Origin: Propylenella sp. | GTDB taxonomy: Bacteria; Pseudomonadota; Alphaproteobacteria; Rhizobiales; Afifellaceae | Direction: 5' to 3' | Assembly (NCBI GenBank): GCA_036396875.1 | Contig: DASWJZ010000075.1 | Span: forward strand, 1-44,353 | Length of the DNA stretch: 44,353 bases | In this document: positions 28,138-38,758 of the stretch, piece after piece | Layout: every line of letters starts with the position of its first letter | Numbering within the stretch: the first letter of the stretch is position 1 | Notes under the pieces: model-generated | Told to the model about the DNA's origin: nothing | Database searches by the model: none | The model's input: only the letters and a program-made list of their open reading frames with translations | Translations under genes and position numbers: made by a program

Positions 28138-28219
28138 TGCCGAATCATCCGGCTTCCGCGCGCCTCCAGGCGTGGCGTGAGCAACGCATGGCGTCCGATC
28201 GCCCGCACTGCCGGTGCAG

Positions 28220-28441
28220 TCACGGACAGATCGGCGAGCCGGGGCTGCAGAAGGGAACCGGCGTCGCCGGACCATAGGGCGGCAGCGGACGCGATACTTC
28301 GTCCACGTCCTTGCGCTGCTCGAAAACCTGTGCCGACGCCATCGGCCTGTCGAAAGCCCCGTCAGGGTCGGCCATGGCCCAACCCGCCGAAGGTCCGGCG
28401 GCGATCGCAACGATAAGGCATGCCGCAGAGAAGTGTCTCAT
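28220..28441 (-). CDS. hypothetical small secreted Pro/Cys-containing protein
   Basis: 73 aa from the ATG (MRHFSAACLIVAIAAGPSAGWA|MADP...PLPPYGPATPVPFCSPGSPICP), with a plausible signal peptide. A GTG at 28450 is an alternative start. Codon bias is moderate and there is no recognised family. Confidence 0.4.
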   Translation of the reverse strand: MRHFSAACLIVAIAAGPSAGWAMADPDGAFDRPMASAQVFEQRKDVDEVSRPLPPYGPATPVPFCSPGSPICP

Positions 28442-28542
28442 AATGATCACCAGAGCCTGTCGCTCATTCCAACGATGATCGAAAAGGGTCGTTCCGTCGA
28501 GTCACGGTTCGGGCAACGTCCGGAGGTCACCGCATGCACGAA

Positions 28543-29733
28543 TTAGGGGATTGCTTGCTCGAGCCGCCACACCCCGCCGCCGGTCTGCGTCATGTAGATC
28601 TGACCGCCGAAGCCCTCGCCGAAGGCGCTCAATCCCGGCAGCACGATGCCCGTGGGCTTGTCGTCCGCTGCCTCCTGCGCGGCAATTTCGGCCTTGAAAC
28701 TCCGCACCTTGCCCGTGCAGGCGTCGCCATAGATGTAGCGGCCGGCGAGCGCTGAAACGTCCCGATCCCGAACGACATAGCCGCCGATGACCGCGCAGCG
28801 GCCGCCGCCATGGCCGTAGGTGTGAATTGGGTACGTCGGCGGGTGCACGCCCGGGCGATCGTCGTCGAAGACGAGCTCGCCCTCATATTGCGGCCAGCCG
28901 AAATTCGCGCCCCGCGCGTCGGCCTTCGGAAGGATGTTGATCTCCTCCCTCCTGGACTGGCCGACATCGCCGATCATCAGCCGCCGGCCATCGAAAGCGA
29001 AGCGCCAGGGATTGCGGAAGCCGTAGGCGAAAATCTCGTCGCGGCCATGCTTTCCGACGAACGGATTTCCGGCAGGGATCGTATAGGGCTCCGGGCCCGA
29101 TTTCCTTGGATCGATACGCAGGATCTTGCCAAGCAGGCTCCCAAGATCACGCGCCGGCTCGCCGGCGGGCGTGCTGCGGCCGCCGTCGCCGGTGGAAATG
29201 TAGAGGTGGCCATCCGGCCCGAACTGCAGCTGCCCGCCATTGTGGTTCGCCGCGGTTGAATGCGGAATGACGAGGACTATCCGGCGCGACTCGCGGTCGG
29301 CGCGCACAGCGGTTTCCTCCGATCGCTTGAATTCGTCGACTTCGTTGTTCCCCTTGTTGTTGGTGAAGTAGACATAGAACAGGCCCGTCTCCTCGTAGTC
29401 CGGCGGAAACGCCACCGACAGCAGCCCCTCTTCGTTCCCGGCGCCGGAATCGGGCGGACCCTGGACGATGCCGCGGAGGTTGAGGAACGGCTTCGGAAGC
29501 GTGTTCTCGTCGCGCAGAACCATAATCCGGCCCTGCTGCTCGACGACGAAGAGCAGGCGCCCGTAGCCAGGCGCAACCGTGACGTGGACAGGTCTTTTGA
29601 ACGTTCCGATTTGAGCCGCCTCGGCGGCCGGCGCGGCGTAAGCGGTAAACGGGCCGGCGGCAATGCCTGCGCCCACGGCCACAACGAGCCACGCCGCGCG
29701 GCTTCCCCGCGCGTGCTTCAAAAATGCGCTCAC
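28543..29733 (-). CDS. PQQ-dependent sugar dehydrogenase (soluble aldose/sorbosone dehydrogenase family), secreted
   Basis: 396 aa with a GTG start and a signal peptide. Beta-propeller motifs NHNGGQLQFGPDGHLYISTGDGG and FAYGFRNPWRFAFD. Confidence 0.8.
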   Translation of the reverse strand: MSAFLKHARGSRAAWLVVAVGAGIAAGPFTAYAAPAAEAAQIGTFKRPVHVTVAPGYGRLLFVVEQQGRIMVLRDENTLPKPFLNLRGIVQGPPDSGAGNEEGLLSVAFPPDYEETGLFYVYFTNNKGNNEVDEFKRSEETAVRADRESRRIVLVIPHSTAANHNGGQLQFGPDGHLYISTGDGGRSTPAGEPARDLGSLLGKILRIDPRKSGPEPYTIPAGNPFVGKHGRDEIFAYGFRNPWRFAFDGRRLMIGDVGQSRREEINILPKADARGANFGWPQYEGELVFDDDRPGVHPPTYPIHTYGHGGGRCAVIGGYVVRDRDVSALAGRYIYGDACTGKVRSFKAEIAAQEAADDKPTGIVLPGLSAFGEGFGGQIYMTQTGGGVWRLEQAIP

Positions 29734-29934
29734 CCGGCGATGGCCTCCATTCAGCCTGGCTCGCGGTATCGTAGAATGGATTTGCGCCGCCGCCGGACCC
29801 CGCGCGTCCGAAGGGCTACGAAACCGTTACGTCATACCTGATTCGCCGACCTCGCCTGTGCCGGCCCGGCGGGCAGTGGCAATCCGACGGAACGAGCGCC
29901 GCCGAATCAGAAGCTGATTTCAGGTTGAAGGGAC

Positions 29935-30011
29935 TGGCGGGAGTGACGGGGCTCGAACCCGCGACCTCCGGCGTGACAGGCCGGCACTCTAACCAACTGA
30001 GCTACACCCCC
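29935..30011 (-). tRNA. tRNA-Asp (anticodon GUC)
   Basis: 77 nt: GGGGGTG TA GCTC AGTTGGTTA GAGT G CCGGC CTGTCAC GCCGG AGGTC GCGGG TTCGAGC CCCGT CACTCCC G CCA. Full cloverleaf with discriminator G and encoded CCA. Confidence 0.95.
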
Positions 30012-30051
30012 GCGGGGCCGCATCCGGATGCCCGAATGCGAGGTCGCGTGC

Positions 30052-30080
30052 GAGATAGGATTTCGTCGGATAGGTGTCAA
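30052..30080 (-). promoter_or_regulatory. candidate promoter of tRNA-Asp
   Basis: Minus strand reads TTGACA (30080-30075), a 17-nt spacer, then TATCTC (30057-30052), 40 nt upstream of the mature 5' end. Confidence 0.5.
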
Positions 30081-30088
30081 GCTGAAGG

Positions 30089-30112
30089 GGTCCGCCGAGG
30101 TCCGCCGAGGTC
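30089..30112. repeat. perfect 10-bp tandem duplication (2.4 copies)
   Basis: GGTCCGCCGA GGTCCGCCGA GGTC, in the intergenic region. Confidence 0.9.
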
Positions 30113-30283
30113 AGTTGGGCGGTTGTCCATCCAGGTAGATCCCAGCCAAGCTCCGGCGCCCGCCGGTTGTCGGCCTGGCCGGCGGCCAGTCTGCCAGCAC
30201 CAACGACGATAGGGCGCAACAATCTTCGCAATTCAGCCGGATTCGGCTCGGCAGAATTTGCGCTGGCGAGGGAGAAGCGCGTC

Positions 30284-30925
30284 ATGGCCGAAACTCCAAT
30301 TGATCGGAATCCGCAGGGTATGGACCTTGGCAAGGTTCAGCGACGCCGGCGGATCATTCTTCTGTCGGCCGCTGTCCTTGCAGCCGCCCTGCTGCCATTT
30401 GTCCGCATCAGGGGCGACGAGACGCTTCTGCAGGAAGTCATGGAGACGGCGGGGATCGGACTTATCGTCCTCGCCATTCTCGGCCGGTCGTGGTGCACGC
30501 TCTATATCGGCGGCAGGAAGGCGCGGGAGATCGTCGCTCACGGTCCTTATTCGATCAGCCGCAATCCGCTCTATGTCTTTTCCCTCATCGGTATCTTTGG
30601 GATCGGCGCGCAAACCGGGAGCCTCATCCTCGGGCCGCTTCTGGGCGCGATAGGCTTCGCCGTATTCCTCCCGGTCATCCTGATGGAAGAGCGGGCCCTC
30701 GCGCGCCGCTTCGGCGAGGCCTACAAAGACTACAGAACGCGCGTGCCACGCTTCGGGCCGAGGCCGTCGGCCTGGCGCGATCGGGAGACGGTGCCGGCCC
30801 ACCCCCGCCGGATCATCCAGACCGCGGCGGAGGCCATGCTTCTGCTACTCGCCATTCCCCTCTTCGAGGGCGTCGAATGGCTGCAGGAAACCGATCGGGT
30901 GGCAGCGCTTGTTTCGATTCCGTGA
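30284..30925 (+). CDS. isoprenylcysteine carboxyl methyltransferase (ICMT/PEMT-like) family membrane protein
   Basis: 213 aa from ATG 30284 (MAETPIDRNP...), with several TM helices and the family motif HGPYSISRNPLYVF...EERALARRFGEAYKDYRTRVPRF. Confidence 0.7.
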   Translation: MAETPIDRNPQGMDLGKVQRRRRIILLSAAVLAAALLPFVRIRGDETLLQEVMETAGIGLIVLAILGRSWCTLYIGGRKAREIVAHGPYSISRNPLYVFSLIGIFGIGAQTGSLILGPLLGAIGFAVFLPVILMEERALARRFGEAYKDYRTRVPRFGPRPSAWRDRETVPAHPRRIIQTAAEAMLLLLAIPLFEGVEWLQETDRVAALVSIP

Positions 30926-31058
30926 GCATGGACCCTGTGTAAGGAGGGCGAGGTTCGCCCCCGCCGCTGGGTCTCGCTCGAAAGGAGGTGGTCGAGGTTG
31001 ACTGGGACAGCCCCCGCGCCCCATTGTCCCCCCAGCATTGGTCCTGCGGGGGAGCGAG

Positions 31059-31538
31059 ATGATCCGGAGTACTGCAATTCTGGCTTTGGCGATTTCCGCC
31101 GTCGTTGCCGGGTCGGCGGACGCCCAGTCGATCTTTCCGGGCGGCCCGCGCTATGACGGTACCATCAAAATCATCAAGCTGATCGGCTCAAGCTGCCCTC
31201 CGGGGCAGGAAGGCGCGGTTTTCGACGCCGCGTATCGCGCCAAGATGAAGCCTACTCAGCTTAAGGAAGCGATGTCGGTGGCGATACCGGCTCCGGCGGG
31301 CGCCGTATATCTGACGGCGGAGGGCGACGGCACGTTCCGGGGAACAGATCAAGCCGCAAAAGGAATGCTGATTCTCGACGCGTGGCTGCAGAAGCTTCCG
31401 AACAGCGTTTTGAACCTAGACTTCGAGCCGAACTCGATTACGGAAACGACCGAAGAGTTCACCTTCAAGGGCAAGTTCAAGAACTATACGTTTCAGGGGT
31501 GCACCGCTCGGATTCGCGGCAGCTTCTTCAAACGGTAG
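31059..31538 (+). CDS. hypothetical secreted protein
   Basis: 159 aa from ATG 31059, with GGGGGAG upstream. Signal peptide MIRSTAILALAISAVVAGSADA|QS. Two Cys residues. GC looks visibly lower than in the neighbours. No recognised family. Confidence 0.65.
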   Translation: MIRSTAILALAISAVVAGSADAQSIFPGGPRYDGTIKIIKLIGSSCPPGQEGAVFDAAYRAKMKPTQLKEAMSVAIPAPAGAVYLTAEGDGTFRGTDQAAKGMLILDAWLQKLPNSVLNLDFEPNSITETTEEFTFKGKFKNYTFQGCTARIRGSFFKR

Positions 31539-31720
31539 AGCGCCTGACTCCGGCCGCTTCCTCTGCCCTTCGGCGGCAAAAGCGCGAGGTCACGGGTTCG
31601 CTCCGATTGAAGGCTGGTGGGGCGAAACTCACCAGGGTTTGCTTGAGCCTGCTGCCCCGTGGCTCCCGTTCCGATGAGCGAGCTTCAGGATCTCGGCCTG
31701 GTCTCGAGAATTGATCTGAT

Positions 31721-31797
31721 TGGTGGGCGGTGAGAGGTTCGAACTCCCGACCCCCTGGGTGTAAACCAGGTGCTCTGACCAGCTGAGCTAACCGCCC
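31721..31797 (-). tRNA. tRNA-Val (anticodon UAC)
   Basis: 77 nt: GGGCGGT TA GCTC AGCTGGTCA GAGC A CCTGG TTTACAC CCAGG GGGTC GGGAG TTCGAAC CTCTC ACCGCCC A CCA. Confidence 0.95.
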
Positions 31798-31805
31798 GGG
31801 CGCAA

Positions 31806-31834
31806 GATCTAGTGCGAATCCGCCGCGGTGTCAT
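31806..31834 (-). promoter_or_regulatory. candidate promoter of tRNA-Val
   Basis: Minus strand reads ATGACA (31834-31829), a 17-nt spacer, then TAGATC (31811-31806), 9 nt upstream of the tRNA 5' end. Confidence 0.35.
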
Positions 31835-31879
31835 GGGCAGCGCCAGCGCACGCTGTCATTTCTCCGCCAGGCAGGGCCG

Positions 31880-31907
31880 AAAAACGAAAGCCCCGCAATG
31901 CGGGGCT
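31880..31907 (-). terminator. rho-independent terminator after hupB
   Basis: Minus strand reads AGCCCCGC-ATT-GCGGGGCT, followed by TTCGTTTTT. Confidence 0.8.
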
Positions 31908-31929
31908 CACGCCTTCCTCGCAGGTTCGT

Positions 31930-32205
31930 TCAGGCGTTCAGCGAATCCTTCAGGCCCTTGCCCGGCTTGAACTTTGCCTGCTTGGAGGCCTTGATCTGCA
32001 TCGGCTCGCCGGTCTGAGGGTTGCGCCCAGTGCTCGCGGCGCGCCGGCTCACGGTAAAGTTGCCGAAACCGAGAACGCGAACCTCCTCGCCGTTCTTCAG
32101 CGAATCGGCAATACAACCGAAAACCGCCTCCACGGCGCTGTTCGCCGCTGACTTCGACATGCCGGTCTTGTCCGCCACTGCGGCAGCAAGGTCGCCCTTG
32201 TTCAT
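31930..32205 (-). CDS. hupB: DNA-binding protein HU
   Basis: 91 aa from the internal ATG (MNKGDLAAAVADKTGMSKSAANSAVEAVF...GFGNFTVSRRAASTGRNPQTGEPMQIKASK). GAGGAG Shine-Dalgarno. The track ORF carries 61 extra upstream codons. Confidence 0.95.
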   Translation of the reverse strand: MNKGDLAAAVADKTGMSKSAANSAVEAVFGCIADSLKNGEEVRVLGFGNFTVSRRAASTGRNPQTGEPMQIKASKQAKFKPGKGLKDSLNA

Positions 32206-32306
32206 CCTCAGCTCTCCTCTTGTTGCGATCGATTTGACTGACGCCGCGCGGTGCGCGCTTCGAGCCTCCGCCTGACTGCAAAGCCCGGAATGCCCGGGTT
32301 TGCAAC

Positions 32307-32334
32307 AAAAAAAGGCCGCCCGAAAGGGGCGGCC
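32307..32334 (-). terminator. rho-independent terminator after lon (bidirectional shape)
   Basis: GGCCGCCC-loop-GGGCGGCC forms an 8-bp GC stem (32314-32334). It is flanked by A7 on one side and TCCTTTTTTT on the other, giving a U7 tract in the lon orientation. Confidence 0.85.
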
Positions 32335-32356
32335 TCCTTTTTTTGACGGAGAATGG

Positions 32357-34786
32357 TCAGTGGGCAACCATGCCGGTCGCCGCTTCATCGTCGCCGGCCG
32401 CGGGCTTTGTGGAATCCGCCTCAGGCTCCGACCATTCGGTCGGCTCGGGCTCCCGGATCAGCGCCTGACGCAACACTTCGCCCATGCGGCTCACCGGGAT
32501 GATGTCGAGCCCGCTCTTCACCGAATCCGGTATCTCCGCCAGATCCTTGGCGTTCTCCTCTGGGATGATAACGGTCTTGATCCCGCCTCGCAGCGCTGCG
32601 AGCAGCTTCTCTTTCAGGCCCCCGATCGGCAGCACGCGCCCGCGGAGCGTGATCTCGCCGGTCATGGCGACATCCTTGCGGACGGGAATGCCCGTCATCA
32701 CCGAGACAATCGCGGTGACCATGGCGATGCCGGCGGAGGGCCCATCCTTTGGCGTCGCGCCCTCGGGCACGTGCACGTGGATGTCCCGCCTGTCGAAAAG
32801 CGGCGGCTTGATCCCGAAATCGATCGCCCGCGAGCGCACGTAGGACGCCGCCGCCGAGATCGATTCCTTCATCACGTCCCGGAGATTGCCGGTGACCGTC
32901 ATCTTGCCCTTGCCGGGCATCATGACGCCTTCCACCGTGAGCAGCTCCCCGCCGAATTCCGTCCAGGCGAGCCCGGTGACCACGCCCACCTGATCCTCGC
33001 CCTCGATCTCGCCATAGCGGTAGCGGATCACGCCGAGATAGGATTCCAAATTCTCGCCCGTGACCTTTACGGTCTTGGCATCGGAGGTCAGCAGCTCCTT
33101 GATGACCTTCCGCGAGAGCGTCGCCAGCTCCCGCTCAAGGTTGCGGACGCCGGCCTCCCGCGTATAGCGGCGGATGATGGTCCGGATCGCCTCGTCGTCG
33201 ATCTCGAATTCGTGCTTCTTCAGGCCATGATCCCGCTCCAGCTTCGGAAGCAGGTGGCGGCGCGCGATCTCGACCTTCTCGTTCTCGGTGTACCCGGCGA
33301 TGCGGATGATCTCCATCCGGTCCATCAGCGGGGGCGGAATGTTGAGCGTGTTCGCCGTCGTGAGGAACATCACGTCGGAAAGGTCGTACTCGACCTCCAG
33401 ATAGTGATCCATGAACGTCGAGTTCTGCTCAGGGTCGAGCACTTCGAGCAGCGCCGAGGACGGATCGCCGCGGAAATCCATGCCCATCTTGTCGATCTCG
33501 TCGAAGAGGAACAGCGGGTTCGATTTCTTCGCCTTCCGCATCGACTGGAGCACCTTGCCGGGCATCGAACCGATATAGGTGCGGCGGTGGCCGCGGATTT
33601 CCGCCTCGTCGCGGACGCCGCCGAGCGACATGCGCACAAACTCGCGGCCGGTCGCCTTGGCGATCGACTTCCCGAGTGAGGTCTTGCCGACGCCCGGAGG
33701 ACCGACCAGGCAAAGAATCGGACCTTTGAGCTTGTTGGCTCGGCTCTGCACCGCGAGGTATTCGACGATGCGCTCCTTGACCTTTTCCAGGCCGAAATGG
33801 TCGGCGTCGAGCACCTCCTGGGCATAGTTCAAATCGTTGCGGACCTTCGACCGCTTCTTCCAGGGAATGCCGAGCAGCCAGTCGAGGTAGTTGCGCACCA
33901 CCGTCGCCTCCGCCGACATCGGGCTCATCTGCCGGAGCTTCTTGAGCTCGGTCTCGGCCTTCTCGCGCGCTTCCTTCGACAGCTTGGTCTTGCCGATGCG
34001 ATCTTCCAGCTCGCGCAGCTCGTCGCGGCCATCCTCGCCGTCGCCGAGCTCCTTCTGGATCGCCTTCATCTGCTCGTTCAGGTAATACTCGCGCTGCGTC
34101 TTCTCCATCTGCCGCTTCACGCGCGAGCGGATGCGCTTCTCCACCTGCAGGACGGAGATTTCGCTCTCCATCATGCCCAACACCTTTTCGAGGCGCTCCA
34201 CGACCGAGGTCAGGCCCAGGATTTCCTGCTTCTCGGGGATGCGCACCGCCAGATGCGACGCCACCGTATCAGCGAGCTTCGAATAGTCCTCGATGTTGGA
34301 TACGGCGGAAAGAACTTCCGGGCTGACCTTCTTGTTCAGCTTCACATAGTTCTCGAATTCCGAGACGACGGAGCGCGACAGCGCCTCCACCTCGACCTCC
34401 TCGCCGACGACTTCGGCCAGGATGCGGGCTTCCGCCTCAAAATAGTTCTGCCGTTCGGTGTAACGGAGGATCTGAGCACGGTCCCGCCCCTCCACCAGCA
34501 CCTTCACGGTGCCGTCAGGCAGCTTGAGGAGCTGCAGGACGCTGGCAAGCGTTCCGATCTCGAAAATCGCCTCGGGCGAAGGATCGTCGTCGCCGGCGTC
34601 TTTCTGCGTCGCCAGCAGAATCTGCTTGTCGGCCCGCATCACCTCCTCGAGCGCGCTGATCGACTTCTCGCGGCCGACGAAGAGCGGCACGATCATGTGC
34701 GGAAACACCACAATGTCCCGGAGGGGCAGGACCGGAAACGTGTTCTCGCCCGAGGGTACTCCGATAGGACGTGGATTCTCGGTCAT
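32357..34786 (-). CDS. lon: ATP-dependent protease Lon
   Basis: 809 aa from ATG 34786 ([39 protein letters not shown]...). Walker [10 protein letters not shown] and protease serine motif [15 protein letters not shown] Shine-Dalgarno. Confidence 0.97.
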   Translation of the reverse strand: MTENPRPIGVPSGENTFPVLPLRDIVVFPHMIVPLFVGREKSISALEEVMRADKQILLATQKDAGDDDPSPEAIFEIGTLASVLQLLKLPDGTVKVLVEGRDRAQILRYTERQNYFEAEARILAEVVGEEVEVEALSRSVVSEFENYVKLNKKVSPEVLSAVSNIEDYSKLADTVASHLAVRIPEKQEILGLTSVVERLEKVLGMMESEISVLQVEKRIRSRVKRQMEKTQREYYLNEQMKAIQKELGDGEDGRDELRELEDRIGKTKLSKEAREKAETELKKLRQMSPMSAEATVVRNYLDWLLGIPWKKRSKVRNDLNYAQEVLDADHFGLEKVKERIVEYLAVQSRANKLKGPILCLVGPPGVGKTSLGKSIAKATGREFVRMSLGGVRDEAEIRGHRRTYIGSMPGKVLQSMRKAKKSNPLFLFDEIDKMGMDFRGDPSSALLEVLDPEQNSTFMDHYLEVEYDLSDVMFLTTANTLNIPPPLMDRMEIIRIAGYTENEKVEIARRHLLPKLERDHGLKKHEFEIDDEAIRTIIRRYTREAGVRNLERELATLSRKVIKELLTSDAKTVKVTGENLESYLGVIRYRYGEIEGEDQVGVVTGLAWTEFGGELLTVEGVMMPGKGKMTVTGNLRDVMKESISAAASYVRSRAIDFGIKPPLFDRRDIHVHVPEGATPKDGPSAGIAMVTAIVSVMTGIPVRKDVAMTGEITLRGRVLPIGGLKEKLLAALRGGIKTVIIPEENAKDLAEIPDSVKSGLDIIPVSRMGEVLRQALIREPEPTEWSEPEADSTKPAAGDDEAATGMVAH

Positions 34787-35014
34787 CGTTTTTCCTTCGA
34801 ATCTCGGCGATGCGGCCCGCGAAGCGCCGCCCTCCCGAATCTCATTTAGATGGGGGCGCGCTGCCGACAATACCTGCTTTCGCAGACGCAGCGAGCTGGC
34901 TGGAACAGCCTGGTGGTGACGAGGGCGGTCAGGCTGCTGCCTAAGTGGTCTCGCAGCCAGTCGAATTCAAGCGCGCCGGACGAACGCCCGGGGAGAAATC
35001 CAGGCGGCTCGGCG

Positions 35015-36301
<1,287 letters not shown>

Positions 36302-36439
36302 ATCAACCCTCGCTCAGTGCGCGGTGCACGATCCGTGCCACTGCGCCTTCCGCGCCCAGCATGACTCGCATCGAACCATTCTAATGCGCCAGATTTCAAG
36401 ATTAACTTAATGGGTGCGCAAGCGCTTGTGGAGCCCCGG

Positions 36440-37081
36440 TTACGCTTGATCCGCCGCCAGTTGCTCAAGTGCCGCGCGCGTCGTTATCACCTGGTCCACG
36501 ATGCCGAACTCCCGCGCCTGCTCGGCGCTCATGAAATAGTCGCGATCGAGGGTAGTTTCAATTGATTCATAGGTTTGGCCGGTGTGCTTCACGTAAATGT
36601 CGTTTAGCCGGCGCTTCATTTTGATGATGTCCTCCGCATGCCGCTCGATGTCTGAAGCCTGCCCCTGGAACCCTCCGGAGGGCTGGTGGACCATGATGCG
36701 GGAATTCGGCAGCGCAAAGCGCATGCCCCGCTCGCCGGCGCCGAGGAGCAGCGAACCCATCGAAGCAGCCTGCCCGATGCAGAGCGTGGTCACGGCAGGC
36801 TTCACAAACTGCATCGTGTCGTAAACCGCCATGCCGGAGGTGACCACGCCGCCGGGCGAGTTGATGTACATGGCGATCTCTTTCTTCGGGTTCTCCGCTT
36901 CCAGGAAGAGGAGCTGGGCGCAGACGAGCGCCGCCATCTGGTCTTCGATCGGCCCCGTTATGAAAATGATCCGCTCCTTCAGGAGGCGGGAGTAGATATC
37001 GTAGGCGCGCTCGCCGCGGTTGGTCTGCTCGACCACCATGGGGACGAGAAGGTTCATGTAGGTCTCGGCCGGGTGTCTCAT
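36440..37081 (-). CDS. clpP: ATP-dependent Clp protease proteolytic subunit
   Basis: 213 aa, [40 protein letters not shown]..., with the catalytic Ser in GQAASMGS. Confidence 0.97.
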   Translation of the reverse strand: MRHPAETYMNLLVPMVVEQTNRGERAYDIYSRLLKERIIFITGPIEDQMAALVCAQLLFLEAENPKKEIAMYINSPGGVVTSGMAVYDTMQFVKPAVTTLCIGQAASMGSLLLGAGERGMRFALPNSRIMVHQPSGGFQGQASDIERHAEDIIKMKRRLNDIYVKHTGQTYESIETTLDRDYFMSAEQAREFGIVDQVITTRAALEQLAADQA

Positions 37082-37137
37082 CGTCGTTCACCTGAAAGTG
37101 GCGGCGGAAGATCGCTCGCTCGTGAGCGTATCCACCG

Positions 37138-37168
37138 AAAGATAAGCATGTCTTAGACGTTGCCCAAG
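37138..37168 (-). promoter_or_regulatory. candidate sigma32-type (heat-shock) promoter of clpP
   Basis: Minus strand reads CTTG (37168-37165), an 18-nt spacer, then CTTATCT (37146-37140). This resembles the alphaproteobacterial CTTG-N17-CYTATNT heat-shock consensus, with one extra spacer nucleotide. Confidence 0.35.
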
Positions 37169-37175
37169 GAGGAGG

Positions 37176-37202
37176 CAAAAGTTACGGGAGGCCGCGCCTC
37201 CC
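37176..37202 (-). terminator. probable terminator after tig
   Basis: Minus strand reads GGGAGGC-GCG-GCCTCCC, followed by GTAACTTTTG (an interrupted U tract). Confidence 0.5.
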
Positions 37203-37301
37203 GCCATGCGGCGTCAACCGGGCCTTTTCCCTGCGCGCAGCCGGTCTGCGACCGTTTCAACGCGATCATCGCGCGCAAAACGCGGCGCGCACAAGACACG
37301 A

Positions 37302-38690
37302 TCAATGGTCGTGGTGATGGTGCTCGCTGTGGTGATGGTCGTGATGCTCGTCCTCCTCCTCCTCAGCGAGCAATTCGTCCCTTGACACCTTCTTCTCTGA
37401 AACCTCTGCGAATTCAAGGATATAGTCGACGACCTTCTCCTCGTAGATGGGCGCACGCAGCGCCTGCAGCGCATCGGGATTGTTCCGATAATAGTCGAAT
37501 ACCTGGCGCTCCTGCCCCGGAAACTGCCGCACCTGGGCAGCGAGCGCCCGCTGTAACTCGTCGTCATTCACCGTTACTTCGGCGCTTTCGCCGATCTTGG
37601 AAAGCACCAGCCCCAGCCTGACCCGCCGCTCGGCGATCGTCCTGTATTCCTTCCGCGCCTCCTCCTCGGTCGTGCCTTCCGCCTCGAAGGACTTCCCGTG
37701 GTGCTCCACATCGTGCGTCACCTGCCGCCAGATGTTGTCGAATTCCTGCTCCACGAGCTTTTCGGGCAGCGGGAACCGATGCATCTGGTCCAGCTGGTCG
37801 AGCATCTGCCTCTTGACCCGCTGCCGCGTGGCCTGGCCGTATTCGCCCTCGATCTGGCTCCGCACGGTATTGCGCAGCGATTCGATCGACTCCAGTCCGA
37901 GGCGCTTGGCGAACTCATCATCGAGCACGATCGCCGCAGGTTCGGCGATCTCCTTCACCGAAACGTCGAAGGTAGCCGCCTTTCCGGCGAGGTGCGGCGT
38001 CGGATAAGTGTCCGGGAATGTGACGCTGACCGTCCTCTCGTCGCCGGCCTTGGAACCGGCGAGCTGCTCATCGAACCCCGGGATGAACCGGCCGCTGCCA
38101 AGCACGATCTGGCCGTTCTGGTTGGCGCCGCCCTCGAAGGGCGTCCCGTCGATCTTCCCGACATAGGCCATCGTGATTCGATCGCCGTCCTGCGCCACCC
38201 GATCGACGGGGCTGTAGGTGCGGGTGCTTTCGCCGATCCGCCGCAGGCGCTCGTCCACCCCGGAATCGGTGACTTCGGCGACCGGTCGCTCGATCTTGAG
38301 GCCCTTGAAGTTGCCAAGGTCGAACGTGGGAAGGATCTCATATTCCAGCGTAAAGACGAGATCGGCGCGCCCCTCCAGGATCTCGGTCGCTTCCGCTTCG
38401 TCCTCGGTCATGCCGATCTTCGGCTGCATCGCAGCGCGCTCGCCGCGGTCGGAGATCGCCTGCCGGGTCGTCTCCCCCACCAGGCCTTCCACGATCTCGG
38501 CCATTGCCGCCTTGCCGTAGATCCTGCGCAGGTGGTTGACCGGCACCTTTCCCGGTCGGAAACCCTTGATCCTGACGCGCGACTTCAGCTGGTCGAGGCG
38601 ATCGGCCAGGCGAGAACCCAGCTCCGACGCCGGCACCGTAACGGTCAGTTCCCGTCTCAGGCCCTCCGAGAGGGTCTCATTCACCTGCAT
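37302..38690 (-). CDS. tig: trigger factor with a His-rich acidic C-terminal tail
   Basis: 462 aa from ATG 38690 (MQVNETLSEGLRRELTVTVPASEL...). Contains the ribosome-binding motif GFRPGKVP and a central FKBP domain. It ends in EEEEDEHHDHHHSEHHHHDH. The track ORF's extra upstream codons overlap tRNA-Leu. Confidence 0.95.
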   Translation of the reverse strand: MQVNETLSEGLRRELTVTVPASELGSRLADRLDQLKSRVRIKGFRPGKVPVNHLRRIYGKAAMAEIVEGLVGETTRQAISDRGERAAMQPKIGMTEDEAEATEILEGRADLVFTLEYEILPTFDLGNFKGLKIERPVAEVTDSGVDERLRRIGESTRTYSPVDRVAQDGDRITMAYVGKIDGTPFEGGANQNGQIVLGSGRFIPGFDEQLAGSKAGDERTVSVTFPDTYPTPHLAGKAATFDVSVKEIAEPAAIVLDDEFAKRLGLESIESLRNTVRSQIEGEYGQATRQRVKRQMLDQLDQMHRFPLPEKLVEQEFDNIWRQVTHDVEHHGKSFEAEGTTEEEARKEYRTIAERRVRLGLVLSKIGESAEVTVNDDELQRALAAQVRQFPGQERQVFDYYRNNPDALQALRAPIYEEKVVDYILEFAEVSEKKVSRDELLAEEEEDEHHDHHHSEHHHHDH

Positions 38691-38758
38691 GCTGTCGATC
38701 CCGTGAGAAAAAGTGCCTGTTGCTGCCTTTGCAGGGCTTTGTCTGCGCGCGTCCGTGC

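Noticed and set aside
31586-31600. A tRNA T-arm-like fragment GAGGTCACGGGTTCG on the plus strand, matching the tRNA-Asp GAGGTCGCGGGTTCG at 14 of 15 positions. It might mark an old att site or tRNA pseudogene.
   Set aside because: There is no D-arm, anticodon arm or acceptor partner around it, and the 3' half of the T stem is degenerate. Its orientation is opposite to both neighbouring tRNAs, so it cannot be a direct-repeat att scar. It is too short to support a call.
36378-36405. Possible clpX-specific promoter (TTAATC-N16-TAGAAT) in the AT-richer clpP-clpX spacer, a possible rpsB promoter (TTGACC-N18-CCTTTA at 190-219), and sigma32-like CCCCATCT upstream of lon.
   Set aside because: Each has a poor -35 or -10 hexamer, or the wrong spacing. 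None can be supported from sequence alone, so they are not listed as features.
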